This document shows, one piece after another, positions 39,175-52,312 of a stretch of 64,000 nucleotides of DNA (position 1 is the stretch's first letter; each line of letters starts with the position of its first letter). Source of the DNA: Eledone cirrhosa (lineage: Eukaryota); assembly GCA_964016885.1 (NCBI GenBank), contig OZ024741.1, positions 283,588,001-283,652,000 on the forward strand, read 5' to 3'. The notes under the pieces are model-generated. The model saw only the letters and a program-made list of their open reading frames with translations, was not told the origin of the DNA and did not search any database. The position numbers and the translations under genes were made by a program.

Positions 39175-42100
39175 TATTTATTCATTTTATTTATTTAATC
39201 AATTTAAACGTCCGTATAGAGCTAGTAAGCCATGACAGACATGGGAAGTACTCCTTACAGTTGGTAGTCAAAAAGAGTTAGTGAGACAAGTAATAAAAAA
39301 ATAAAAAGGGGAAAAAAGCAGAAAAAAAAAACAATAAAAAAAAACAATAAAAAATAAAAATTTCAAATATTGAAGGCCAATGGGAGGCAGATTGTGCATA
39401 AGAAAATAAAAATAAAAGGAAACAAGGGAAGCTGTAAAACAGCTAGAAGTTTCTGTTGTTGAATCTTTTTTGAAGCTTCCATATACTCAAAGATTGAACT
39501 TGCAATCTTTGTAGTTTTTTAAAGATTGGTTTCAATAGAGTCTCTCTCTTAGACTGATAGCTTCTACATTGGAACAAATAGTGCCAAAGAATCACCACAA
39601 CAATATAAAGGTGAATCTCTACGACCTATTCTTGATAAAATGTAGTTCAAAGGTATATGTCCAGTTCGAAGCCAATAGTCTTTTTTTATTTGCATTACTT
39701 AATGATAGATAAGTTTTGAATGTTGCCAAATCTGGTTGAGAAAGTGGGGGATTGAAATTTGTGAGCTTATCTCTGGATTCTTTTCAAAATGTTTTTCACC
39801 CTTGACTAATGTTTGCTAAATGATTTTACCTGTGAAAGATTTGGGATGTAGTCTATATCTATTATTTCCCTTGGTATTCCCGTTTTTGTTAATTCATTTG
39901 CTTTCCTATTTACTCTAATATCTGTATGGCCCGGTATCCAAATTATTTTCTGAGATGTTTATTATTTTCTGAAGGGCGGTGAATTGGCAGTATCGGTAGA
40001 GGGTCAGACGCCATGCTTTGCAGCAAAGAGTTACGGCCTTTTATGGTCTGAGTTCAAATCCTGCCAAGGTTAACTTTACCTTTCATCCTTACGGGGTCGA
40101 TAAAATAAAGTACCAGTAACACACTGGGATAATTGCTGGCCTTGTGCCAAAAGTAGAAACAATTATTTTTTGAGAGGTAGTTATCTATTTTTAGCAGAGC
40201 ATTCTCAATATCTCTAACCTGGCACCTTTTCTTTGACTGAAGCAGTTCTAGGTTTGATAGACTATCAGTAAATAGAAAACCATTTTTCTAGGGCATTACT
40301 TAGCTGAATCTATGGATAATCTAATTCCCCTCCATTCTGCATCAAATATAGTGTAATCCCGTTGTAATCTGAAGTTTGTATCGTTATAATTATTTTTGAA
40401 AGACCAAGTAGCTCCACAACCCACTCCCTTGTCTGAATATGCCCCGTCTGTGTAGCAGACCTATCTGTTAAGAGAGATTGACTGTATGATAGTGTTATGG
40501 AGCTCTTTTGCTTCCTCTTTTGTGTTTTTAATAATTATTTTAAACAGTTTTAATTGCTCTACACATGGAGGGTCCCAAGTATCATGCTGTTTTCTTCTGC
40601 CTTTAAATTGAGCAATTAGCAATTTGTGTTTCCTGGACTCTTCTATCAACAAGTGAGTTGGAGTTAACCCTGCTTCATGAAAAATCGCTATCTTAGATAT
40701 CCCAATATAGTTTTGCCAATTTGGGTATGGAATCTATCAATAGCTAGCACCTGTGTGTCCCCAAACCCAGCTGCCATATTATAATTGAGCATTGATGACT
40801 CCTCTATTATTCAGTCTCAAGTAGTTGTATGTTAGGCAGGGAAATTTCTTTGAAATTGCTTTAATTGCATACTGTGTTGAAGTCATTTTTTTTCAGTGTG
40901 TATTTGAGATGAGTTTCGCATTTTAAGCCAGATTTAACCAAAAACCTAGTATCTTATGATATCAATAGTTGGTTCATCAAATATATTTCATCGCATTGAT
41001 AATTGTTGGGTTCAGGATTATGGAAACGAACCAGTTGTGTTTTAGAGGGATCAAATTGTTGGCCATTTTCTTTTGCCCATTCAGTTGCAGTTGATAGGGC
41101 TGTGCATAATTTGGTTTTGTTATTGATGATACTAGATGAAGTATATGAGCCGATATCATATGCAAAATCTGATACTTCTACAATTTTATTTAGAGATGTA
41201 AACAAGTTTGTTGTGTAATGTAGAAAGAGAATTGGTGAGACTGTTGAACCCTGTAGGAGACCCTTTAAAACAAATAATTTTGCTTTTCTCCTTTTCAAGA
41301 ATCAGACTTTTACTACAATGCGTGAGAAAGCTTTCAAACCAGTTAGAAAGATATTTTAGGATTTCAAATTGGTGTAGTGTTTTGACTAGAGTGTCATGAA
41401 CCACATTGTCATCAGCTCCCTTTATGTCTAGTGAGATCAAGCTGGTCCTTTTTTTCAAGAGTTTTGAGTTTCTGATAAATATGGTTATTTCATGTACACA
41501 GTTCTCAGTGTTTCTATTTACTTGAAATCCAAACTGGGATTTTGGGAAAATGCTCATTGACTCTATGTAAGATAATCTATTGCCTCTGATTTTTTCTAAC
41601 ATTTTAGAAAGATTGCTTAGTAAAACTATTGGACAGTATGATCTGGTAGAATGGTAGTTATCCTAATTTGGTTTTGGTATTACTAACGTATGAATAAATT
41701 TCCATATATCTGAACTATTAAATAAGTTTAGTACTATTTCATGTATTAATGTAGTAGTTCTTGTTCAATAATAGGAGGGAAATCTGTTTGGAGTGAGAAA
41801 CTTTTTAATGGGTAGTGGATTCTGTAAATGAAGCATTGCCAAAAAACGTTTTTGCAAATAGTGAAGAGAGTTTGGAAGTGTCTGAGATTACTTCACCATT
41901 GTTGTCATGTATCAATAACTCTTGATTTGTTTTGGGCGGTTGGGTTTGGTCATAGAGTTGTATATGCTCCATCGACTCCAGGTTAGCTTTGCTAGACCAG
42001 AAATCATTTTTGGCTTGTTTTATTTGCCTTTTAAACTTTTTCTTTTGTCCTTTATACTTTTCACAATTGGAATCTGTTGAATGGTATTTCCATTTTTTAA

Positions 42101-42462
42101 TAACTGGGTCATGTCACTTCTTAGTTGGTTTACTTCTTTACTCCACCATGCCTTATTGTAGTTGTTATCTCTATTGCTGTTGTTTTTATTTGGATTGAAA
42201 TATGTAAAAAGTACTTTCTTAGTGATTGTATCATGTATTTTGTTGATAAATAATTGTAGACTTGTTTTTAGGTCTTCAGCTGATTGGACATTGTAAAATG
42301 TGTTGTTGGGTGCTAGTTCTGCTTCTAGGTAATTGGTAAACTTAATCCAGTCAGTTTTGTGAAATTGATATTTCCTTACTTAGGCTTTATTTAGTGTGTT
42401 TAACAATAGCTCAGGTTTTCATTGGTTAAGGTAATTGAAATATTAAAAATGTTGGTGGAATG
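39175..42462 (-). mobile_element. Decayed LINE with RT and RNase H (I-group-like), interrupted by a SINE
   Basis: SQFGF, LDIKGADDNV and GLLQGSTVSPILF (RT); YTDG and IWIPGH..N..AN.L (RNase H); many stops; 3' end acgtttaaattgattaaataaataaa. Confidence 0.8.
39975..40161 (+). mobile_element. Same Nin-domain SINE, inserted into the RNase H region of the decayed LINE
   Basis: A and B boxes, Nin core, approximate TSD attattttYtga. Confidence 0.85.
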
Positions 42463-43651
42463 ATCCCCAACATAGTCACCCTTTGAGTCCACACACTTCT
42501 TCCACCAGTGTTTAAGTGCCAGGATCCAGTTGAAGTAGAACTCCTTAGTTTGGACCTCCAGGTAGGTGTCTACAGCATCTATGACATCAACATCTGTGGC
42601 ATAGTGTTGTCCGTCCATATACTTTTTCATGTTTGAGAACAAGTAGAAGTCAAAGAGTGTGAGGTCTGGTGTGTATGGTGGATAAGGGATGAGTTGGAAC
42701 CCACAATCACAGATTGGTGCCATTGCCACCACCGAGGTGAGGGCAGGAGCATTGTCATGATGGAGCAAGACTCCTTCCATCAGCAATCCTGGCCTTTTCT
42801 TGATGTTCTTGATGTTTTCTTGATGTTTAAGCAGATTGGCATAGTATTGTCTGCTGATGGTGTAACCCTTTTGGACATAATCCACCAGCAACACTCCTTG
42901 TGCATCCCAGAAAATGGTATCCATGACCTTTCTTGCTGATGGTGGGATCTTGACTTTCTTTGGGGTGGGTGAGGATGTCTGCTTCCACTGTTTAGACTGC
43001 TCTTTTATTCAGGTTGGTAGTGGTGGACCCAGGTATTGTCTATTGTTACAAATCATGCCAGGAAATCTTCCGGATTAACTTTAAAAAGTTCCAAATTGTT
43101 GGAGGACATGGTAAAATGACTGTGCTTTTGTTCCTCACTCAAAGATGAGGAACCCAGCATGCAGACACCTTTCTGAAACCAAGCTCGTTCATCAGAATAT
43201 TATTGGCTCACTCCTGGGAGATGCCTAACATTTTTGCTATCTGACAAGGTCAACGTTCTCTGGTGTGGTCACTGTTGATGGCCTCACAGACCTTGGGTCA
43301 TATTCCTCACCTTCCTTACCATGCTTGAATTCATCGACCCAAAGTTTGACCATGGCATATAATGGAACATCTTCCTCTAATGTGTCTTGCATGTTCTTAT
43401 GAATCTCAGCTAGGATCATGCCTTTCAACTGCAGATACTTGATCACTGCTCAATGCTTGAGATTTTCCTTTTTTCATAAAATGCTGGAGAACATCAACTT
43501 TCAGAATTTGTGAAAAGAAATGAAAACGTGTTTAGACCATAAAACCTGGCTAGCACTGTAAGAACATATTGCAAATTTCACAGCCAAAATTTCATTTACA
43601 TAACCATTTGTTTCCTCTGTGTGGTTCAAAACCTTTCAGTCAGCTCTCGTA
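42463..43651 (-). mobile_element. Mariner (DD34D) transposon, decayed, one TIR visible
   Basis: HTH ORF 43237-43446; WVP, HHDNAP, PYTPDL..DFYLF and GDYV motifs. TA+CGAGAGCTGACTGAAAGGTT terminus at 43651. The 3' TIR is lost where the LINE begins. Confidence 0.9.
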
Positions 43652-43893
43652 TATACATATTATTCAAAATGTTAATAAATGAAAAATATTCTCATAATCA
43701 AAATATATATTTTATTATACATATTTCAAAGGTACAATGGTGTTTAAATACGTTTTCATCAGACAAAATATATGATTTGATATGTGACATACCGCTAATA
43801 CTGATTGTAATATATATGATTTGATATGTGACATACTGCCAATACTGGAATTGAATAATCAAAACCGTAGCGGTATGTCACATATCAAATCAT

Positions 43894-43958
43894 ATATTTT
43901 GTCTGATGAAAACGTACTTAAACACCATAGTACTTTTGAAATATGTATAATAAAATAT
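43894..43958 (+). ncRNA. Hammerhead motif in a fold-back palindrome (mirror copy 43707-43771, minus strand)
   Basis: atattttgt-CTGATGA-aaacgtact..agtactttt-GAAA-tatgta-TA-ataaaatat. Confidence 0.8.
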
Positions 43959-44125
43959 ATATTTTGATTATGAGAATATTTTTCATTTATTAACAGTTTG
44001 AATAATATGAAAAACTCCAGGAAAATCTTCAGCTGAGTGCTTCTAATCTATTGTAATATTGTATTCGTTGAGTAATCAACAAACCATATTAATCTTTGGT
44101 TATATACATACATATATATATATAC

Positions 44126-44156
<31 letters not shown>

Positions 44157-44272
44157 CATATACATACAACATATATATATACATATATATACATATATAT
44201 ATACATATATATACATATATATATACATATATATATATACATATACATATACATATATATATATATATATAC

Positions 44273-44307
<35 letters not shown>

Positions 44308-44332
44308 CATATATATACATACATATATATAC

Positions 44333-44363
<31 letters not shown>

Positions 44364-44799
44364 CATATATGAAAAACATGGGGAGAAGAATACTGCATGG
44401 TTGCACATGGATTACATATTATAAAATTAGTCCCTCATCAGTGATTTGCCAACCATCATTGGTATTTCATCGCATTAAAAATCAAATACCTCAGGTTGGT
44501 GCGAGCAATAACTAAAATAAGCTATTGGGACAAGTGAAACACATAAAGCGAGTGAGACAAGTAAACAACAGCAGGAAAAGCAAACCGAAGGTTGGGAAAA
44601 CAGCAAGCAATCATGATAGTTATCCGATCAGCATAAGCTGGGTGAATTTCATGAGCGGTCAGAGAAGCAGACCGTACGCTGTGAATGCGGTGTGAGAAAG
44701 AAGGAACCCCACTACTAGCGAACGGGAGGAAGTGATATATATATAAGGCGATGACACACGACCGTGACCTCTGGCGTCACGCAGTAATACAGAGTACCT

Positions 44800-45118
44800 G
44801 ACCTACCATGGGTACAAGCTGAAGCATATAGACAATATGCCCCCACACCCTCCCACTGCAAAGTGGTCGTGGAGGTGCCACGGCCCACACTGTAAGGTGG
44901 ACGTGTAGGCGCCACAGAAAAAAGCACCCAGCACTCACTGCAAATGAGGTTGGTGTTAGGAAGGGCATCCAGAAACCAAGCCAAAATCAGTTCTTGTATG
45001 AGCAAGGCATGGTCAGCCGACCAGACACTGCCCACAACAGGACAACCCGTCTAACCCATGCTAGCATGGAAGAACGGACGTAAAACGGTGATGATGATAA
45101 TGATGATGATGATGATGA
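44800..45118 (+). mobile_element. RTE-tailed short repeat (cacactgtaaagtgg units, ggaagggcatcc, (TGA)n tail)
   Basis: Dispersed family, also at 510-873, 6705-6885, 35370-35650, 35770-36055, 36265-36530, 37700-38030 and 62915-63100. Confidence 0.8.
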
Positions 45119-45304
45119 TATATATATATACATATATATATACATATATATATACATAAATTTCGTTTCATTCTATTCCATTTATCGTTTTCGGTCTGCC
45201 CGGCCGACTGAACTCACTCGATATGCAAATTAGGCTGCTCAGCCGTTAATATGCATAAGGAAAGTATATACTTTCAGACGTTCAACCATCTGGCAGGAAG
45301 GTAT

Positions 45305-45347
45305 ACGATGCTGACGATAGCTAATAAGCTTGAAACTAGTACATCGT
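45305..45347 (+). ncRNA. Hammerhead motif, canonical core
   Basis: acgatg-CTGACGA-t agct aata agct t-GAAA-ctag-TA-catcgt; palindromic stem III ACTAGT. Confidence 0.85.
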
Positions 45348-45625
45348 TCCTGTGTCAGTGTTGAACAAAAAAGTGACGTGGTTGCCTAAACACTGTACGA
45401 AGTAATTCGGGCTATACGTGCATATATATATGTGTGCATGTATGTATATATATATACATACTACTGTACGTCTGTATACATATATGTATGTACGTATACA
45501 TACATGCCTACTTGCATTTAAGTATGTGCCGTACTAAGAGTGAGAAATGAAATTTCGTTTCATTCTATTCTATTTATATTTATATACATATATATATATT
45601 TATATACACACACACACACACACAC

Positions 45626-45758
<133 letters not shown>

Positions 45759-45839
45759 CATACATATATATACTTGTGTATAATGGTAGCTATAGTGCTT
45801 CCATAGGCGGTATGCATATATACATATATATATATATAC

Positions 45840-46951
45840 ATCGTCATCATCATCGTTTAATGTCTATCTTCCACGCTAGCATGGGTTTAGACGGGAATTG
45901 TCCCACTTGAGGCAAGATTGGTTGTCTTGCTCGTGTAGGACTGTCTGGCAGGTTTTCTACAGTTGGATGACCTTCCTAACACCAACCACGTTTACAGTGT
46001 GGACTGGGAGATGTTTACCGTGTTACCTACATGGCCACATTACAGCGTGGACTGTGTGTTTTTTTTTTTGTCGTGACACCTACACGACCTCATTTATTTA
46101 GGACCGGATGTTGTGGTACCAACATAACTTTACAGCGAAAGGGGTGGTGTAGATGGGGGTGAGTGTAGGGGTAGTGGGATGGGCGTGTATTTTGGTTAAG
46201 AGATGCCTACTAACTGTAGCTTTCGCTTTGTACTTAAGCAAGGCGGGTCTTCTGTATTACTACGTAGCGCCAAATATATTGGTCCATTGACATTGTCTTG
46301 GAGAGGTGTAAGTGGGTAAGGTCTGAATTTATCACATCGTCCCAGGTTTTTCTTGGTCTGCCTACTCCGTAGCTACCGTCTATTTTGATCGCCCTGCACT
46401 TTTTTATACAGCTGTCGTCTTTCATGGGCATCACATGACCATACCAATGTAGTCTTCTCTCGAGTAAACAGCATCTGATCCCTCTTATTCCTAATTTCTC
46501 ACTTAGTTCATTTATGCTTTCCCGTTCATGTATATTACTATTACACATCCAACGGAGCATGCAAGCTTCGTTCCTCTCCAGTCTGCGTAGTTCCTCTGCA
46601 CACAATGCCCAGGTCTCATTGACATGTAACATTGCTGTTTGTATGCAGGCATCATACAGTCTGCCTTTCATTTTTGGAGAGAAACCAATAGTGGTATAAG
46701 CTCTTTGAACTTTTTCCATCCCGTTCTGACTCTAACTACTGTACTTTCAGTGCACCCTCCACCACTGCTGATTTTGTCACCCAGGTAACGGAAGGTGTCC
46801 ACTACTTCTATAGAACCATCTGGGCAATGGAAAGAGCTAGTATCCTGTGGGCACTTACTACTACTTATCACACCTGAGCACTGGCCACATATAAAATCTA
46901 TGTTCTTAGTTATCTTACCTGTGATCCCACTACATCTTTTATGCACCCATA
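45840..46951 (-). mobile_element. 5'-truncated RTE family A copy
   Basis: ORFs 46668-46946 and 46234-46719, plus the family A 3' UTR. Confidence 0.9.
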
Positions 46952-47042
<91 letters not shown>

Positions 47043-47175
47043 GTGAGGTTTTTTTTAACAAAATGAAAAATAACCGATGTGTCCTACACGAGTGAAAGTA
47101 TAAAGAAAAAGAGATGAAATCAAAAATGCAACTGGAGTCTTATTTAAAAAAAAATATATATATATTTATTTGGTT

Positions 47176-47213
47176 CCTTTACCGGTTTCGCAGTTCTTCT
47201 GCTTTTCAAAAGG
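47176..47213 (-). ncRNA. Hammerhead motif, U3-A8 core, in a perfect palindrome
   Basis: cctt-TTGAAAA-gcag aagaa ctgc-GAAA-ccgg-TA-aagg; stem III ACCGGT. The mirror copy at 47265-47320 is disrupted by an 18-bp duplication. Confidence 0.75.
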
Positions 47214-47450
47214 TGAGTTGAGATGGAGGGTCTGTGGTAACCACAGACCCTCCATCTCAACTCACCTTTTGAAAAGCAGAAGAACTGCGAAACCCAGAAG
47301 AACTGCGAAACCGGTAAAGGAACCAAATAAATATATATATTTAAAAAAAAAATAAGACTCCAGTTGCATTTTCGATTTCATCTCTTTTTCTTTATATATA
47401 TATATATATAGTTTTGCGAGGCTTTTTATATGAAATCGTGTGTCGAAACA

Positions 47451-50400
47451 AATATTGTTATACTTAGGGAGGGTCATATTTGTGTAATATTGCCAGAATT
47501 AATAACAGAACACACTCACTGTTTGGTTGGTTTTCGCTTTTCGCTTCTGTGTCTTTTATATCGGTAATCTAATTTATTCGGTCCTCAATGTTGCCATTGA
47601 CTGACCGACGGTCAATATCACAAATACAATATAGACACAAACACATATATATAGTTTATCATAAATCTTTCGTTGCACATCTGCAACATCGTCAGTGGTG
47701 CTATTGTTTGCTCCCGGTGCATTGTATGTCTACGCCATTTTTATTTAGTCTGTCTATATATTTATTTATTTGCTTGTTTGTTTATTTTATTTTGTCTTCT
47801 TTGCGCATGCGTTTGCGTGTGTATAGTGTTTTGTTTGATGTGTGTTCCTGTTTGGGTGACTAGTGTGTGTTTATATGTGTTTGTTGTTATTGTGCTTGTG
47901 TATGTATTTATTTATCTATTTATTTACTTATTTATACTTCTCTTAGGTCAGTGTTGTTTGTTTGGGTGTTGTTGTTATTCCATTCATTTTTTCTGTTTAG
48001 TCTTGGCCTTCTAAGTTCTATTTCACTGGCCTCTCTGATTTGCCTATCTGCTGGGTCATTTCTATGTTTAGATATTATTCTAATTTCTATGTTGTCTATG
48101 TTACCGTCGTGTTGTTGTCTGGCATGTTCGTATAGTACTGACCCGTTTTTTTCGTCCTTTTAGTTCCCCCCAGTGTTGGTCTATCCTTTCACCTATGCTA
48201 CGAGCTGTCTCACCTATGTATGTTGTTGTCATGTTTCTGCAAGTACCCTATGTACATCTTATGCTATAGACTACGTTTCTAGTTTTACAGTTTATCCGGG
48301 GGTTTACCTTACATATGATACATTTCCTATTAGTACAGTGGGTTTTCTTAAAAGGGTAGGTTTTGCTGATCAGGGATTTTATGGTGGTTCCTGGCTTTTC
48401 TACAACCTTAATTTTTAAGTGGGTCTTTCTCAGGGCCTTTCTACACTGGTTAGCTAATTTCCCTCCAGGGGTAGCGTCCACAAACATGACACTCTGGTAT
48501 CTCTGGTTGTCGTACCATGAGGTGGCTTTCCCTATCTTATGTCTAGCCCTATCTAAGCTATTCCATGATTTGCTCCTGTATAATGGGCAAATTCCTTTCA
48601 TGTCCAGTTCTATGAGGGTCTTATACTTCTCCATGGCTCCTTCGTATACTCTGACTCTGTCTCTTTGGTTGTAGCCAGAGAACTGCATGCGGTTGATGAA
48701 GTGTTGGATGTGTCTTTCCATTTCTGTTGGGTCGCACATGCGGGACACATTCTTCATCACTCGTACCAAATCTGCGATCAGAATATTAAACTTAGCACTA
48801 CTGGACATTGCTGAGTTTTTGAGTATCAGGTATTTGGAGGCGATGGGTTTAGCATAGTGTGAGAGGAGAATTTGGGCTCTCTCGTCTATAGTGTTAATCC
48901 AGAGTTCCGTGTCTAATACAGGTAGTCTATTGTTAGCGTGTTTGGAAGGGAAGTCGATAGTTACAGTTATACTCTGGTGTATGGAATTAGCTATCTGCTG
49001 GATGCTTTCCATTGTGCTACGTTCTAAATCAAACTTGTTAGTGCTCTCTAGTGGGGATGTTTTTATAACTATATTGATATCATCTACATAACGAGAGTAC
49101 ATGATGAGGTCTATGGAGCTCTCATTAAGGAGATCTTTAAGTCTCCTTTCCCACCATACCATGAAAAGGTTGGCAACATCACCAGCTATGCTGACGCCAA
49201 TGGCTGCTCCCTCAGTTTGGGTGTAGATCTTCTCGTTGAACTTAAATATGTGGCCCTTTAGGGTAGTTTTGATACTAGCCCCTATTGCATGTGCGACTAT
49301 TTTTCTTACCTGATCATTGTTTTGGGGGGTCCGTATAGCTTTGGTCCACCCAATCCACCTTCCCATGGGAGTCTTTTTTGCCATTGAGGTTATGGTGGGG
49401 GGTCTACCTCTTATAGGTCTACTAGGGCAGAAACATCTAAGGTCATGGCTGTCTAGGTAGTCAGTGTCGTAGGTAAGTCTAAGTAGGAGGCCCAGTTCGT
49501 CTGTGTCGACGTCGCAGAACTCCACCTCACTCTCAATGATCATCTCCACACATTTTTTCACGGAAAAATCAATGTTAATGGATGGGTACAGTGACACCAC
49601 ATCCATGCTGCCTATTATGCAGTTGGACAGGTTCCTGTTTTTGTTGCACTCACTGATTCTGCTGAGGAGGTCCTCTGTACTGTCACATACATCTGGGGAC
49701 ATCTTGATTATGGGGCGTATAACCATTGAGAGGAAGTAGGAGATCCTGTAGTTGCTAGCTATATTAGCTCCGCATACGGGTCTTGTTGGTGGTCCTGTTG
49801 TCGGGTCGTCGACTGTCTTGTGGTCTTTGCCCATACAAGGGTGGTATGCCATTGTTAGACGCCTGGAAGCTGTTGGCAGTGCGTCTGCTTGGCTTTAGGA
49901 TGTCAGTCCACATCATCATGTGAGTGTTGAGGATTTTCTCTCTCTCATCATGTGTTTGTTGTGCAATTTCGCTCGTGTTGGTGATGTGGGGTTGCATAGC
50001 CTTGATGTAGTTCGGCATGCTATCCATTGACATCCTACCAGACTTATCCGTGGGTAGACATACTACCTCACCATCCCTTGTGCGCTGCTTGAGGCTAACC
50101 AAGCCTTCTACAGGTTTCCTCCCAAGTTGTTGGGCCTCTGGTCTGCTCTGTCTCTTAGTATACTGCTCTGTCTCTTAGTATACCAGTCTACTATTTGTCT
50201 AATCTTATTTCTTGCTATGGTGAACAGTGCCTCTGTCTCGTCATCTATTTGTTGTGGTAGATGACGAGACAGACGCACAGTTCACCATAGCTAGAAATAA
50301 GATTAGACAAATAGTAGACCGGTATACTAAGAGACAGAGCAGACCAGAATGAATGGAATAACAACAACACCCAAAACAAACAACACTGACCTAAGAGAAG

Positions 50401-50894
50401 TATAAATAAGTAAATAAATAGATAAATAAATAAATACATACACAAGCACAATAACAACAAACACATATAAACACACACTAGTCACCCAATCACGAACACA
50501 CATCAAACAAAACACTATACACACACGCAAACGCATGCGCAAAGAAGACAAAATAAAATAAACAAACAAGCAAATAAATAAATATATAGACAGACTAAAT
50601 AAAAATGGCGTAGACATACAATGCAACGGGAGGAAACAATAGCACCACTGACGATGTTGCAGATGTGCAACGAAAGATTTATGATAAACTATATATATGT
50701 GTTTGTGTCTATATTGTATCTGTGATATTTTTGACCGTCGGTCAGTCAATGGCAACATTGAGGACCGAATAAATTAGATTACCGATATAAAAGACACAGA
50801 AGCGAAAAGCGAAAACCAACCAAACAGTGAGTGTGTTCTGTTATTAATTCTGGCAATATTACACAAATATGACCCTCCCTAAGTATAACAATAT
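47451..50894 (-). mobile_element. Penelope-like element, 5'-truncated, with 3' pLTR (47451-47988) and inverted pLTR copy (50348-50894)
   Basis: RT ORFs 49764-50102 (PTDKSG) and 48248-49852 (SMDVVSLYPS, GAAIG, RYVDD). The GIY-YIG continues past a TAG: VVY..C..C..YIGETAR..R..H..HA..H..EA..LNRKNEW. Inverted arms of about 540 bp. Confidence 0.92.
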
Positions 50895-50905
50895 ATATAT
50901 ATATT

Positions 50906-50943
<38 letters not shown>

Positions 50944-50944
50944 C

Positions 50945-51019
<75 letters not shown>

Positions 51020-51123
51020 GATAAATGCACGCCAACTATAACACATATATATCCTAGAAACGATCGTTAAATAATGAACTTTTTTTGCTTAATATAAGGA
51101 ATTGTTTATTCATTATTTGTTTA

Positions 51124-51185
<62 letters not shown>

Positions 51186-51188
51186 TAC

Positions 51189-51275
<87 letters not shown>

Positions 51276-51737
51276 CATATATATATACATATACTTATAT
51301 ATATATATACATATATATATATACACATATCGAACATGGCCATTTCCCTGATGGAATCGGAGTATTGTCCTCTCTTCTACTTATCAACACTTTTGTCTCA
51401 GCTATGTTCACTCTCAGTCCTCTTGCTTCCAACTGCTGTTTCCATATATATATATATATGTGTGTGTGTGTATGTATATATATATATATGTAGGAGGTGA
51501 GTTTTATTGTAGTACAATAAAGCAATGCAGATATCGGATAAGTAGCACTCTACAGTTTGTAGGGCTGGAGTATAAATAATATATAAGATCAAAAGATGGT
51601 TAAAAGAGTTCCATGTATTTTATTATGCGCATTTCAAAAACAAATATCATCATGCGATGACATTTGCGTTTTCGTCAGATAAAATAGGGAGACATGATAT
51701 GAAGGTTAACAAACACTTGTGAATAGTGCAGTCTCCC

Positions 51738-51808
51738 TATTTTATCTGACGAAAACGCAAATGTCATCGCATGATGATATTTGTTTTTGAAATGCGTATA
51801 ATAAAATA
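51738..51808 (+). ncRNA. Hammerhead motif in a fold-back palindrome (mirror copy 51616-51686, minus strand)
   Basis: tattttat-CTGACGA-long stem II-GAAA-tgcgta-TA-ataaaata. The mirror copy has the perfect palindrome ATGCGCAT. Confidence 0.82.
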
Positions 51809-51932
51809 CATGGAACTCTTTTAACCATCTTTTGATCTTATATATTATTTATACTCCAGTCCTACAAACTGTACAGTGCTACTTATCCGATATCTGCATT
51901 GCTTTATTGTACTACAATAAAACTCACCTCCT

Positions 51933-52032
<100 letters not shown>

Positions 52033-52035
52033 GTG

Positions 52036-52066
<31 letters not shown>

Positions 52067-52113
52067 GTGTATATATATATATATATATGTGTATATATAT
52101 ATATATATATGTT

Positions 52114-52220
<107 letters not shown>

Positions 52221-52229
52221 GTGTATATA

Positions 52230-52312
<83 letters not shown>

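Noticed and set aside
44425-44445. CTGATGA on the minus strand as a hammerhead
   Set aside because: No stem II-GAAA follows.
48248-48250. Possible selenocysteine recoding in the PLE zinc-finger/GIY-YIG region
   Set aside because: The in-frame stop is TAG rather than TGA, it is not at a Cys position, and a frameshift follows near 48150. This is ordinary decay.
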